From Candidatus Latescibacterota bacterium (GTDB lineage Bacteria > Latescibacterota > UBA2968 > GCA-2709665), in contig OZ242180.1 in the NCBI GenBank assembly GCA_965205485.1, positions 1,888,001-1,952,000 on the forward strand: 64,000 nt of DNA. Reading direction: 5' to 3'. Under the pieces are notes generated by a model, which did not search any database, was not told the origin of the DNA, and saw nothing but the letters and a program-made list of their open reading frames with translations. Below, piece by piece: positions 51,355 to 61,467 of the stretch. Position 1 is the first letter of the stretch. Each line of letters starts with the position of its first letter. Position numbers and translations under genes: made by a program.

Positions 51355-53454
51355 CTAATCTCCAACCGATTGCCCAAACGCCTTTGCGAATATCAGAAAG
51401 TCCGAAAATCCGACGGTTCCATCACCGTCCAGATCGTACCTTGCGTCGTAACCGGCATCCCCATGACTGAATCCGAATTCTGTCGCAAACCTCACAAAGT
51501 CGGTGAAGTCCACCGTCCCATTATCGTCGAAGTCAGGATCCGGCTTAAGAGGCGTGACAAAGGGTGACACATCCCAGATTAAAACAGTACCGTCCCATCC
51601 GCGGGAAGCCATTATGGGCTTATAGAATGAAAACGCCACTGAACGGATCCCGCCCGGATGCCTCAAGGTTGCGATCTCCTTACGGGCATCGACGTCCCAC
51701 AGCCTGACGGTTTCATCCCATGAACCGGATGCCAGGATATTTGTGTCGGGCGAGTAGGCTAACGTATAGACCCCTCTCTCATGACCTTCGAGCGTGCCGA
51801 TCTCTATCCCTCGCGCCGAATTCCACAATCTGATCATGCTTTCGTCGAGTTCCGCCGAAACGAGGGTGTTCCCGTCGTGCGAGAACACCACGGATTCAAC
51901 GGGATTCAGATGCCACAAGGTGGCGATTTCCTTTCCTGCGGCCACGTCCCACATCTTGACCGTGGTGTCAAACGAGCCCGAAGCCAGGATGGTCCCGTCG
52001 GGCGAAAACGCCAGCGTCTGAATTCTCTCCGCATGCCCTTTCAGCGATAAGACCTCCCGTCGATTCGCTACGTCCCATAGTCTGACCATGAATTTTTCAC
52101 CATTATCGCGACTCCCCCCCGAGGCCAGGAAGGAGCCATCGGGGGAAAAGGCTATTGGATCGACGCCGCGGAGCCACTCTTCGTTAAGGACGGCGATCTC
52201 ATTTCCGGTCGCCAGGTCCCAGATTGTGATGTATCCATCGATGGTGGTTGCCAGGGTGTTTCCGTCGGGCGAGAAACCGACTGAAAAGACCCCTTCCCTA
52301 TCTCTCGCTATCTCCGAGGGTTCTGACTCGTTCGACAGATCCCATCGCAGGATCCTGCCAGAACCTGTTGTAGCGATTAACCTCGTTCCATCGGGCGCAA
52401 TTGCCATCGAAGTCGTATGATGAAAGTCGCCGAGAATGGTGGCGCTTCCCGACTCCAGATCATGTAAGACGACCCCATCGTAGCTCGAAGAAACAAGAAG
52501 ATTCGGTTCGGCCGGGGAATATGTCAACGAGTTCACCGATCCTCCATGCAAACCATCGCCAGCGATACGACCTCCCGTATCGACTTCCCAGCGTATCACC
52601 ATTTTATAGGATCCAACCGTCAGCGTACTGCCATCGGGGGAGAACGCCACCGACCACACCCGGTGGTACCGGCGCACATTCAGCGTGGCAATCTGTTCTG
52701 CGGTCGCTACGTTCCACAATCTTGCGGTATCGTCCCGCGAACCGGACGCCAACATGGCGCCGTCCGGGGAAAAGGCCAGCGTCTCGACGTTCTCTCTGTG
52801 CCCCTCCAACGTGGCGATTTCCATCCGTGCAGCCACGTCCCATAGCTTGATGTTTTGATCGCCAGCGGTCGCCAGCTTACTTCCGTCGGGCGAGAACGCT
52901 AACGCTCTGACGCCTTCAGTATGCCCTTCCAATACGGCCACCACGGTTCGGTTGCCCGGATCCCATAACTGTACTGTGCCGTCATTCGACCCTGAGGCCA
53001 GGATAGTTCCATCGGGCGAAAACACTGCGATGGGAAAATAAAGCGGGTCGTGGCGGAGGGTCCCGATGCGTCTGCCGGTATTGACCTGCCATAGCGCAAT
53101 GGTGTGATTGTGCAACCCGGTGGCGAGCGTCGCTCCGTCAGGTGAAAATGCAACCGAAGTGAGTTGCGTTTCCGTGGGCAAGAGCGTTACATAACGGTTA
53201 GTCGCCACCTCGTAAATCCAAACGCCGATGGAACTCGCAACGGCCAGATATCTCCCATCACTCGAAAAGTCCACGGCGTGATTGCCGTAAGCACTGATAA
53301 ACCCCTTACCCAGGCGGGCAATCGCTCCTTCCGGCAAGTGCCATGTTCGGGGATGACCAGGCAGACTGGCCGGAACAAGCTCACCTGCTCCCTGGCCGAA
53401 TAGCGGTTGAAGGAAAATGAGGACCAGCAAAAAGGCTTGGATAGGGTATTTCAT
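51355..53454 (-). CDS. Secreted WD40-repeat beta-propeller protein with dockerin-like domain
   Basis: GGAGGGAGG RBS, signal peptide, LPEGAIARLGKG, repeated GH..V..LAFSPDG..LASGS.D..LWD, DFDDNGTVDFTDF..DLDGDGTVGFSDF. Confidence 0.9.
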   Translation of the reverse strand: MKYPIQAFLLVLIFLQPLFGQGAGELVPASLPGHPRTWHLPEGAIARLGKGFISAYGNHAVDFSSDGRYLAVASSIGVWIYEVATNRYVTLLPTETQLTSVAFSPDGATLATGLHNHTIALWQVNTGRRIGTLRHDPLYFPIAVFSPDGTILASGSNDGTVQLWDPGNRTVVAVLEGHTEGVRALAFSPDGSKLATAGDQNIKLWDVAARMEIATLEGHRENVETLAFSPDGAMLASGSRDDTARLWNVATAEQIATLNVRRYHRVWSVAFSPDGSTLTVGSYKMVIRWEVDTGGRIAGDGLHGGSVNSLTYSPAEPNLLVSSSYDGVVLHDLESGSATILGDFHHTTSMAIAPDGTRLIATTGSGRILRWDLSNESEPSEIARDREGVFSVGFSPDGNTLATTIDGYITIWDLATGNEIAVLNEEWLRGVDPIAFSPDGSFLASGGSRDNGEKFMVRLWDVANRREVLSLKGHAERIQTLAFSPDGTILASGSFDTTVKMWDVAAGKEIATLWHLNPVESVVFSHDGNTLVSAELDESMIRLWNSARGIEIGTLEGHERGVYTLAYSPDTNILASGSWDETVRLWDVDARKEIATLRHPGGIRSVAFSFYKPIMASRGWDGTVLIWDVSPFVTPLKPDPDFDDNGTVDFTDFVRFATEFGFSHGDAGYDARYDLDGDGTVGFSDFLIFAKAFGQSVGD

Positions 53455-53762
53455 CTCGGCCTCCCTCCAGGGGTGAAACGGCCAGCACATCAATGGCAAT
53501 CGAAAAAGACGTCGCATTTCCTGGCTACTTGAACATTCGGTTATAGTTAAACACGCCGTCAGTGTAAAGGGCAACATGTGTGCCAATGAGTATCGCATGG
53601 ATAAATGTGATTATAAACTATTGTTTAAATTAAGGTTAATTATTTTTCAAGACCTAACGGCCAAAAAAGCCAGCAGCACAAAAGGACGATATATCGACCC
53701 GATTACGATATATCGACCCTGAGTATGCCGGTAGTGGCCTGAGATTTGCACGAATGCCGGGT

Positions 53763-53885
53763 ATGATCAATGATGAGCACGAACATTCTGCGCTTACTGC
53801 GAAGATCATCGGTTGCGCGATGACGGTGCATTCCGCAAATCCCGTTAATCATTGTCAATCCTCCAAAGTCTCTCCACGGTTTTAA
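53763..53885 (+). pseudogene. Truncated N-terminal remnant of a GxxExxY-family gene
   Basis: Translates MINDEHEHSALTAKIIGCAMTVHSA, matching the family N-terminus, then breaks into AATCC-type repeats. Confidence 0.6.
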
Positions 53886-53925
53886 TCAGCTTTTATCATA
53901 GTAATCACACGAATCACGGTACGGG

Positions 53926-53954
53926 TTGACATTGCAAAAACACCGGGCTATACT
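53926..53954 (+). promoter_or_regulatory. Near-consensus sigma70 promoter for the 54105-arc operon
   Basis: TTGACA-N17-TATACT. Confidence 0.75.
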
Positions 53955-54104
53955 TATGCAACATCGTCGCCTTTGAATGTTCTGGTCGCGTCTTGTTCCT
54001 GATTTAATTGGCTTCCAGTCCTGTTTCATCCCGTTCACTCTTGGTCCCGAATCTAATCCTGCCTAATCCCGGTCGTTTTTTGATCTTGGTCAAAGGAGGG
54101 AACC

Positions 54105-55007
54105 ATGGTCCGGTATCGTTTTATCTGCCTGATAATTTCATATGCCCTGGTCGCTCCGGCGGGCACGGTGTACGGCGAAAAGGTGGCGCTCAGCTTCGTC
54201 TACAAGCCGGGGCAGTCGAATGTCTACAAGAATTCCTGGACGTTGGAATACTACAGCGGCCGCGCCGACCTGATTGACGACGACAAGACTTCCGGCACCG
54301 TCGACGTGCGGAGCTACGGAAAATGGAAGAGCCGGGAAGTGGTCAGCGCGATCGAAGCAGCCGCCGCGACAGTCACGGCGACGGTTCAGAATGCCGAAAG
54401 CACGGTTATGGAAGACCGCGTTCAGATCAGCGAGAACAACTTCCCGTATCTGCTCGATATGTTCAACGGCAGGACGTTTTCGTGGAACGTGACCGCTACA
54501 GGCGACGTGACGGGATTCAAACCCGGTTTCAAGCCGTACGAGGTGCGCCGCGAAGCCGCGATCAGCGATTTGCAGCAGCTCTGGATGCCGGAGATTCATC
54601 CGGTCCTGCCCAAGAGGGAGGTTGGATCGGGAGATTCGTGGAACGGGATTCGCCGCCATGAGATTCCCATCGCGGCGCTGCAGGACAAGGGCTCGGTGGA
54701 GATCAACAGCGTCTACGTTCTGAAGCGGCTGGCGAAGAAGAAGGGCCGGCGCGTCGCGCTCATCGACGAGACCCGGCAGATGCGGTACCGTGGATGGATA
54801 TTCTCCAACGCAGTGTCCATTATGGTGGAAGGCACGGGCCAGGGAAAGGGCAAATGGACGATCGACGTGAACCGGGGGCTTGTGATTGGACATGAAATCA
54901 AGGTGTCGTTCAAGGAAGTGCATGTCACCGTGGTCAGGGGCAACGTCAAAGTCGAGAACGCGGGCGCCAAAATGAAATTTGCTTTCAAACGGGAAATGGA
55001 CGATTAG
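54105..55007 (+). CDS. Exported hypothetical protein (possibly DUF6263-like)
   Basis: AAAGGAGG RBS, signal peptide, LPKREVGSGDSW motif, beta-rich. Confidence 0.6.
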   Translation: MVRYRFICLIISYALVAPAGTVYGEKVALSFVYKPGQSNVYKNSWTLEYYSGRADLIDDDKTSGTVDVRSYGKWKSREVVSAIEAAAATVTATVQNAESTVMEDRVQISENNFPYLLDMFNGRTFSWNVTATGDVTGFKPGFKPYEVRREAAISDLQQLWMPEIHPVLPKREVGSGDSWNGIRRHEIPIAALQDKGSVEINSVYVLKRLAKKKGRRVALIDETRQMRYRGWIFSNAVSIMVEGTGQGKGKWTIDVNRGLVIGHEIKVSFKEVHVTVVRGNVKVENAGAKMKFAFKREMDD

Positions 55008-55033
55008 GGTTTACAAACCCCTGGATTCAGGAG

Positions 55034-56755
55034 GTGAGTCCCATTAACGGCCCGAACGAAGGATCTCGCCAGCGAAAGTCGCCGGATGACTTTCTGCAGG
55101 ACTACGTGGATATGCAGCACACGTTCCGGTCCCTGTCAATTATCGACCAGATACTGATGTCGATGGACGAGAAGGACAAGCGGCGTCCCCTGCTCTACCA
55201 TCTCCGCCGGCAGCTTCAGGAAGACGAGATCACATTCGAGGAGGCCAGGCGGACCATCGTGGAGATGGAGACCGCGCTTGAGAAGGTGACGGCGCCGGCC
55301 AACCGGGTGGGTACGCTTCTGGAACCCCCCCGTGACGGCGTGGCATACATCAGTGTGGGCGGCTCGGAATATTATGCCAACGTCGATTCGCGGCTGGAAC
55401 AGGAGGCGCTGAAGGTGGGCACGCGGGTGCTCGTCAACGATGCGTTCGCCATCGTCGGCGATCTGGGCTTTTCGAGTTCCGGCCAGGTCGCGAAGATATC
55501 CGACGTGCTGGAAGACGGCCGGTTGCGGGTCGGACAGGAGCCGGGCGGCCAGGTCACGGTGCTGTCGCGGTCGAGCGACCTCGTGAAGGCGTCCCTGAAA
55601 GCGGGCGACGAGGTTCGCGTGGACCCGAATTTCCGGGTGGCGCTGGAACGCATGCCCGAAAAAGAGGCGAAAGACTACTTCCTCGAAGAGATTCCGAATC
55701 TGCCATGGGAAAAGATCGGCGGCCAGGAAGAGGCCATCCAGGCCATCAAGGATACCATCGAAATGCCGGCGTTGCATCCGGACCTGTTCTCAAGGTTCCA
55801 GTACAGCGTTCCCAAGGGCTTCCTGCTCTACGGCCCGCCGGGCTGCGGCAAGACGCTCATCGGCAAGGCGACCGCCTATAACCTCGTCAAGCAGGCGCAG
55901 CAGGAGGCCGGTCTGAACCTGAAGGAATGTTTCATGAACGTCAAAGGACCGGAAATCCTCAATATGTGGGTGGGCGAGTCCGAGCGCCAGGTCCGGGAGA
56001 TCTTCTCCAGGGCGCGTGAGAAGCGCAAGGAGGGGTACCTGCCCGTAGTGTTTATCGACGAGGCGGAATCGGTCCTCGGCACGCGCCGGGCCATGCGGTC
56101 GCACAGCATTTCGAATACGGTCGTGCCGATGTTCTGTTCGGAGATGGACGGCATCGAGTCGCTGCAGGACGTGGTGATCATACTGGCGTCCAACCGCCCC
56201 GACCTGATCGACCCCGCGATCTTGCGGCCGGGAAGGATCGACCGGAAAATCAAGGTAAGGCGTCCCGACCGGTATGGCGCGCTCGACATCCTCAAGATCT
56301 ATCTGACGCCCAATCTCCCGATCGACCGGAAGACGATGGAAGAACACGGCGGAGACAGCGCCGCGGCCGTGGAGACGCTCGTGGGGCGCACGGCGGAAGA
56401 GATCTTCTCAAAGCGGGACCATTCGATATTTCTAGAGGTGACCCTCCGAAGCGGCCGGAAGGACGTCCTCCGACGGGGGGACCTGGCCAGCGGCGCGATC
56501 ATGGAATCCATTGTAAGGCGGGCAAAGGAGATGGCCATCCGCCGGTCCATCGCGTCGGGGCACGAAGAGGGAATATCCCAGGAAGACCTGCTCCAGGCGG
56601 TAGAGACCGAATACACGGAGAACGAGATCTTCCCGCCAACCGATAACACGGAGGACTGGCTCAAACTCCTGGATTACGATCCCGAAAACGTCGTGCGCGC
56701 TTCGCCCGTTCGCCCTGGACGCGAGACCAACCGCCGGGGTCATAGGATCGTATAA
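55034..56755 (+). CDS. arc: Proteasome-associated AAA ATPase (ARC/Mpa-like)
   Basis: N-terminal coiled coil, two OB-like domains, GPPGCGKT, VKGPEILNMWVGESE, FIDEAES, DPAILRPGRIDRKI. Confidence 0.93.
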   Translation: MSPINGPNEGSRQRKSPDDFLQDYVDMQHTFRSLSIIDQILMSMDEKDKRRPLLYHLRRQLQEDEITFEEARRTIVEMETALEKVTAPANRVGTLLEPPRDGVAYISVGGSEYYANVDSRLEQEALKVGTRVLVNDAFAIVGDLGFSSSGQVAKISDVLEDGRLRVGQEPGGQVTVLSRSSDLVKASLKAGDEVRVDPNFRVALERMPEKEAKDYFLEEIPNLPWEKIGGQEEAIQAIKDTIEMPALHPDLFSRFQYSVPKGFLLYGPPGCGKTLIGKATAYNLVKQAQQEAGLNLKECFMNVKGPEILNMWVGESERQVREIFSRAREKRKEGYLPVVFIDEAESVLGTRRAMRSHSISNTVVPMFCSEMDGIESLQDVVIILASNRPDLIDPAILRPGRIDRKIKVRRPDRYGALDILKIYLTPNLPIDRKTMEEHGGDSAAAVETLVGRTAEEIFSKRDHSIFLEVTLRSGRKDVLRRGDLASGAIMESIVRRAKEMAIRRSIASGHEEGISQEDLLQAVETEYTENEIFPPTDNTEDWLKLLDYDPENVVRASPVRPGRETNRRGHRIV

Positions 56756-56759
56756 AAAC

Positions 56760-57900
56760 CGCACCTCTCCCCCTGGCCCCTCAGAAAGAGCTGTCAGCTA
56801 TCAGCCATCAGCAGTCAGCCAAAAGCAGTTTCTATCAAGGACAAGCGTAAGGAATCACCAAAATTCCCACCGCCACGAGGGCGACCACAAGGGTTGCACC
56901 TACAAATTCAACACCAGCGAGTCCGGTGGTGGAGAGGGTCCTCGGTGCTCTACAATACAGCACCTCTATCGGAACGAATCTCGCCGGATCCTTTCATGCG
57001 CCCGGTTGTGGAGTGAGGGGTTTTTCCGTGTTAATCCGTCCAGCGTTATTTATCCGTCCAGCCCTTTAGCGTTGGTACTGTTGTGGTGCTCGCAGGCCAC
57101 CTGAGTCCCATTTATGCCTCTGAGGGAATTCACGGAAAAACCGGCCCCCTGCCGAAGGGCGCGCTTCTTTTTGGTCCTTTTTCTTACGCGCATAAGAAAA
57201 AGGACGTAAATAAAATAAAAATAATGATTTGATTTTAAAATAGCGACCTGTATTAAGCAAACCTATCTATTGTCTTTCTTTTCAAAATCATGCCTACGGC
57301 GTGTTCCTTAGAACCGCGAAGACGTGAGACGGAAGAGGGGAGAGATTGCCTGCCTTGCGAGGATTCGTTTCGTGCTGAAGGCAAGAAGGAAAAACATAGC
57401 GGGCAAGGATTTCATCTACCGTCTACCCACTTACCTCTACCCGCCTTTTGGCGACCTCTCTCCCCGGCCCTCTCTCCTAAAGGAAACGGGAGCAAGACTG
57501 GAAGACCATCCTCACACAAAGACACGAAGGCACAAAGGGACACAAAGGGAAACCGGAGAAAGCAAAGGGCAAAGTCAAAGGCAACCCATCCGCCCGGCCC
57601 CGCAGACCTCTCTCCCCGACCCTCTCTCCTAAGGGAAAGAGGGAGAAAAGGCGGGTTTCGCTCTATCAATGTATTTCACAACTGGCGACTGGGGGTATGG
57701 GGGGTTTTTCCGTGCTGATCCGTCCAGCGCATTCGCATTGTTACATCAGAAGGATTGGTAGGCCACACAAGTCCTGTTTACGCCTCCGGAGTGATTCACG
57801 GAAAAACCGGCCCCCCGCCGAGGGGCGCCCTTCTTTTTCGCCCTTTTTCTTGGGCGCAGCAAGAAAAAGGGCAAGGGAATAGGGGACGTTTGGGGGAAGG
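56760..57900. repeat. Repeat cluster with structured element copies D (core 57019-57205) and E (core 57685-57872)
   Basis: Same modules as the other clusters, in opposite polarity to those at 1-24 kb. Confidence 0.88.
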
Positions 57901-57987
57901 GAAGACTCCCAATCGCTCCGAGAAAAATTACCGGCGTCCCATATCGCCTTTACCCAACATACAACATGAGATACTGAGACAAGGTCT

Positions 57988-59508
57988 ATGAATCGACTCT
58001 TCGGCCTTGAAACGGAGTACGGGATCACGATCGACGGCGTGGACAGGATCGACGTGGTGGAGGAGTCGATGCAGCTGATCCGGTGCTACCTCAGAGGCGA
58101 GTTTACGCCACTCTGGGACTACCAACTGGAGAACCCCCGCAAGGACGTGCGGGGATTTGAAGTGAAATCGCTGTTGAACGATACCGACGAAAAGGTCCAT
58201 CTTCAGAAAGACCGCCAGCGAAAGGTGCCGCTCGAGGAGTTGAAGAGCGACCTGATCATCCGCAACGGCGCCCGTTTCTACAATGACCATACGCACCCTG
58301 AATACGCCACGGGGGAGTGTCTCAGCCTCTTCGAGCTGGTGGCGCAGGACCGCGCGGGCGAGCGGATCGTGGATATGTGCGCGCGGCGGCGGACGGAGAT
58401 GCTGCCCGAGGGCGCCGTGCGGATCTACAAGAACAATACGGACTTCGAAGGCCACAGCTACGGGTGTCACGAGAATTACCTGATGGACCGCGGGACGCCG
58501 TTCGACCGGATCGTGAAGGGGCTGCTTCCCTTCCTGGTGACGCGGCAGATTTACGCGGGCGCGGGCAAGATGGGCGTGGAACGCGGCGACAGGGCGCCCA
58601 TCTATCAGCTCTCGCAGCGGTCCGAGTTCTTCGAGGTGATCGCCAGCGTCGACACCATGCACAAGCGCCCGCTCATCAACACACGCGACGAACCGCACGC
58701 GGACGCCGGAAGGTACCGCAGACTCCACGTGATCCTGGGCGACGCGAATATGTCCGAGTACGTCACGGCGCTGAAGGTCGGCGCCACCGCGCTTGTGGTC
58801 GCGCTGGTTGAACAGGACGATCTGCCCGACGTGGTCCTTAAGGATCCCGTTGCGGCGCTGAAGGACGTGTCGCGCGACCAGAGTTATCAGTGGCTGGTGG
58901 AGCTGGATCGCAAGACCGGCCGCCTGATACCGGCCGTTGAGGTGCAGCGGATGTACCTGGGGCTGGCGAAGGAGCGGTTCGGCGGCCGGGACGTGGAAAC
59001 GGACTGGGTGCTCAACGCCTGGGACGAGATGCTGCACGGCCTCGAACGGGACCCGATGGCGATGGTGGGCGCCTGCGACTGGGTCAGCAAAAAGTGGCTG
59101 CTGGACTGTTTTCGCGAAGCGGAAGGGCTTTCCTGGGACAATCCGGACGACCTGGCCTGGCTCCAGAGCCAGGATCTGGAATACCACAACGTGGACCCGG
59201 AGGCCGGGCTGTATTTTCTGCTGGAGGAGCAGGGCAAGATGGTCCGCCTTATTGATGACGAACGGATCGAGGAAGCGATGTCCGTTCCGCCTGCCGACAC
59301 GCGCGCCTGGTTCCGTGGGCGATGCCTGGAGAAATTCGGCCACGACGTCAAATCGGTCAACTGGGACCGGATCGTCTTCCTCCGGAACGGCGAACAGCGT
59401 TCGGTGGATATGAAGGATCTGGTTGATGGGGAGAAGGTCGCGTATTATAATAGGGCGTTGGATCGCTCGGATGAACTGGAGGAATTCCTGAACGCGCTTG
59501 AGGTCTGA
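57988..59508 (+). CDS. dop: Dop-type deamidase/depupylase (PafA2)
   Basis: GLETEYG, NGARFYNDHTHPEY, KNNTD..SYGCHENY, RPLINTRDEPHA, RRLHVILGDAN. Confidence 0.9.
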   Translation: MNRLFGLETEYGITIDGVDRIDVVEESMQLIRCYLRGEFTPLWDYQLENPRKDVRGFEVKSLLNDTDEKVHLQKDRQRKVPLEELKSDLIIRNGARFYNDHTHPEYATGECLSLFELVAQDRAGERIVDMCARRRTEMLPEGAVRIYKNNTDFEGHSYGCHENYLMDRGTPFDRIVKGLLPFLVTRQIYAGAGKMGVERGDRAPIYQLSQRSEFFEVIASVDTMHKRPLINTRDEPHADAGRYRRLHVILGDANMSEYVTALKVGATALVVALVEQDDLPDVVLKDPVAALKDVSRDQSYQWLVELDRKTGRLIPAVEVQRMYLGLAKERFGGRDVETDWVLNAWDEMLHGLERDPMAMVGACDWVSKKWLLDCFREAEGLSWDNPDDLAWLQSQDLEYHNVDPEAGLYFLLEEQGKMVRLIDDERIEEAMSVPPADTRAWFRGRCLEKFGHDVKSVNWDRIVFLRNGEQRSVDMKDLVDGEKVAYYNRALDRSDELEEFLNALEV

Positions 59509-59642
59509 ACCTTGGTCGCCTAGCGTGTATGATAACCGTTCGGGGGAACGCTCCGGCATTTTGGAACCGATTTGCGTGACGGGATGGATCGGCGGTCGAA
59601 TGGTGAAGAATTTTTGGGACAGGACACCAGGAGGAGGAGGCT

Positions 59643-59834
59643 ATGAAGAACGATCTGACAGGTTTTGAACGGCGGACCCGGCGGCCCGGCGCGCCCGACG
59701 GGGGGCCGAACGACGGGGACGACGGTCCGTCCCGCCCGGACGTTGACCGCCCCGATACCCGGGATCTGCTGCGCCGGATGCGCCGCGTGGACCCGAATCA
59801 GGCGCGACGCTACCGCCAGCGCACGGGCGAGTAA
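59643..59834 (+). CDS. ubact: UBact (Pup-analogous bacterial ubiquitin-like modifier)
   Basis: GGAGGAGGAGG RBS; 63-aa disordered protein with LLRRMRRVDPNQARRYRQRTGE C-terminus; lies between dop and prcB. Confidence 0.92.
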   Translation: MKNDLTGFERRTRRPGAPDGGPNDGDDGPSRPDVDRPDTRDLLRRMRRVDPNQARRYRQRTGE

Positions 59835-59838
59835 GCCT

Positions 59839-60657
59839 ATGGGCGCGGGTGGGGATTTTCTGGATCTGCTCAAGGCGGAGGGATACCGGCTGCCCGGCGC
59901 CGACCTGAAGGAAAACGCGCCGGGTAGCGCGGCGTCCCTTCCGTTTCAGCCTACCGAGGGCACGACCATCCTGGCCCTTCGCTACCGGGATGGCGTCCTC
60001 ATTGCGGGCGACCGCCGGGCGACCGCCGGCCACACCGTGCTTTACGACCGCGCCGACAAGGTCATCGACATCGACGCGTTTTCGGTGATGGCCATCTCCG
60101 GATCGCCGGCCATGGCGTACGAAATCGCCCGCATCCTCGAACACACCTTTCAATATCACCGGCGACGGCAGTTGCAGGAAATGAGCCTGGCGGCCAAACT
60201 GCGGCGCCTTTCCCTTCTGATCCGCGACAACCTGCCCATGGCCATGCAGGGCATCGGGCCGGTGATCCCCATTTTCGCTACGTTCGACCGGCAGGACAGC
60301 CGCGGCAAGATCTTTTTCTACGACGTGCTTGGCGCGCAGTTCGAGAGCGCCGATTTTGCAACCACTGGATCGGGCGCGGCGGCCATCCGGGGCGCGATGT
60401 TCTACAATAACCAGTGGGGCGAGCGTCCGTTTTCCGAACTGGACCGGAGCGAGAGCCTCGGAATGGCCCTGCGCCTGCTGCATACGGCCGCGGAATACGA
60501 TGCCGCAACCGGGAGGTACGAGCGGGACGCCGGCGTGTTGCCCACGGTGAAGACGATCTCGGCGGACGGACTGCGCACCGTGTCCGAGGAGGACCTGCGG
60601 GCGACCTACGAGCGGTATATCGCCCTTGCCCGGGGACCTGGAGACGCTGAGGAATGA
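59839..60657 (+). CDS. prcB: 20S proteasome beta subunit with propeptide
   Basis: EG/TTILALRY..GVLIAGDRRAT, ATTGSG. Confidence 0.92.
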   Translation: MGAGGDFLDLLKAEGYRLPGADLKENAPGSAASLPFQPTEGTTILALRYRDGVLIAGDRRATAGHTVLYDRADKVIDIDAFSVMAISGSPAMAYEIARILEHTFQYHRRRQLQEMSLAAKLRRLSLLIRDNLPMAMQGIGPVIPIFATFDRQDSRGKIFFYDVLGAQFESADFATTGSGAAAIRGAMFYNNQWGERPFSELDRSESLGMALRLLHTAAEYDAATGRYERDAGVLPTVKTISADGLRTVSEEDLRATYERYIALARGPGDAEE

Positions 60658-61433
60658 TGCTGGACGAACCCTATCGATGGGCGGAGGCGGTAGCCAACCG
60701 GCGGGAATATATAGAGGACCAGCTCCGGGGCGGCAGTCCGGTTGTGGGTCTGGCTTATCGTGACGGCGCGCTGCTCTTGACGCTGGGTCGGGGACAACAG
60801 AAAATCTTCGAAGTCTACGATCGCATCGGTATGGCCGCGCTCGGGCATCCGGCCGACATCGAAAAGCTGCGGCAGTCCGCCGTGGATCTGGCGTCGGTGA
60901 TCGGGTTCAACTATTCCGAACAGGACGTGAACCTGCAGCAGATCGTACACTTCGGCCTGGGTCCCGCGGTCAAGACGGCGTTCGACGAGGTGTTCCGGTC
61001 GCCGTTCATCGTGCGTGTCCTGATGTTGGAGCTGGATGTATCGGAGGAAGGCGCTGTCTTTTATACCGTGGACTACGACGGCACGTTTCAGAAATACGAT
61101 GGCCGCGGCGTTGTGGGCGAGGTTCCGGAAGCGGACGGGTTGATGCGGAGCCGACTGCCGGATACGGACCGGCTCAGTCTGCGGAACGCTTTGAAGGCCG
61201 CGCTGGAGGCGTGGGCGGCCGGGCGGTTTGTGGGAACCCTGGACGAGATTCCACGGGATGTGTCGGAGTTGGAACGGTTGGCCGATGAGGCGGATCTGCA
61301 GGCCATCCTGAAGGACGCATTGGAATCGGCCGCGGTTGAGGCCGTGGTCCTGGACCGTTCCGAGCCTGGAAAACGCCGTTTTCGCGTCCTTGGCGACCGG
61401 GAGATTCGGCCCGTGATCAAGCCCTATCGTTGA
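60654..61433 (+). CDS. prcA: 20S proteasome alpha subunit
   Basis: EPYRW..RREYI..GSPVV, KIFEVYDRIG, YDG; 4-nt overlap with prcB. Confidence 0.9.
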   Translation: MMLDEPYRWAEAVANRREYIEDQLRGGSPVVGLAYRDGALLLTLGRGQQKIFEVYDRIGMAALGHPADIEKLRQSAVDLASVIGFNYSEQDVNLQQIVHFGLGPAVKTAFDEVFRSPFIVRVLMLELDVSEEGAVFYTVDYDGTFQKYDGRGVVGEVPEADGLMRSRLPDTDRLSLRNALKAALEAWAAGRFVGTLDEIPRDVSELERLADEADLQAILKDALESAAVEAVVLDRSEPGKRRFRVLGDREIRPVIKPYR

Positions 61434-61467
61434 GCGCCGGCACAATTGCGTCTGAACCTTTGCCGCT

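Noticed and set aside
40272..53454. Diversity-generating retroelement acting on the paralog array
   Set aside because: No reverse transcriptase and no TR/VR pair with adenine-specific differences seen
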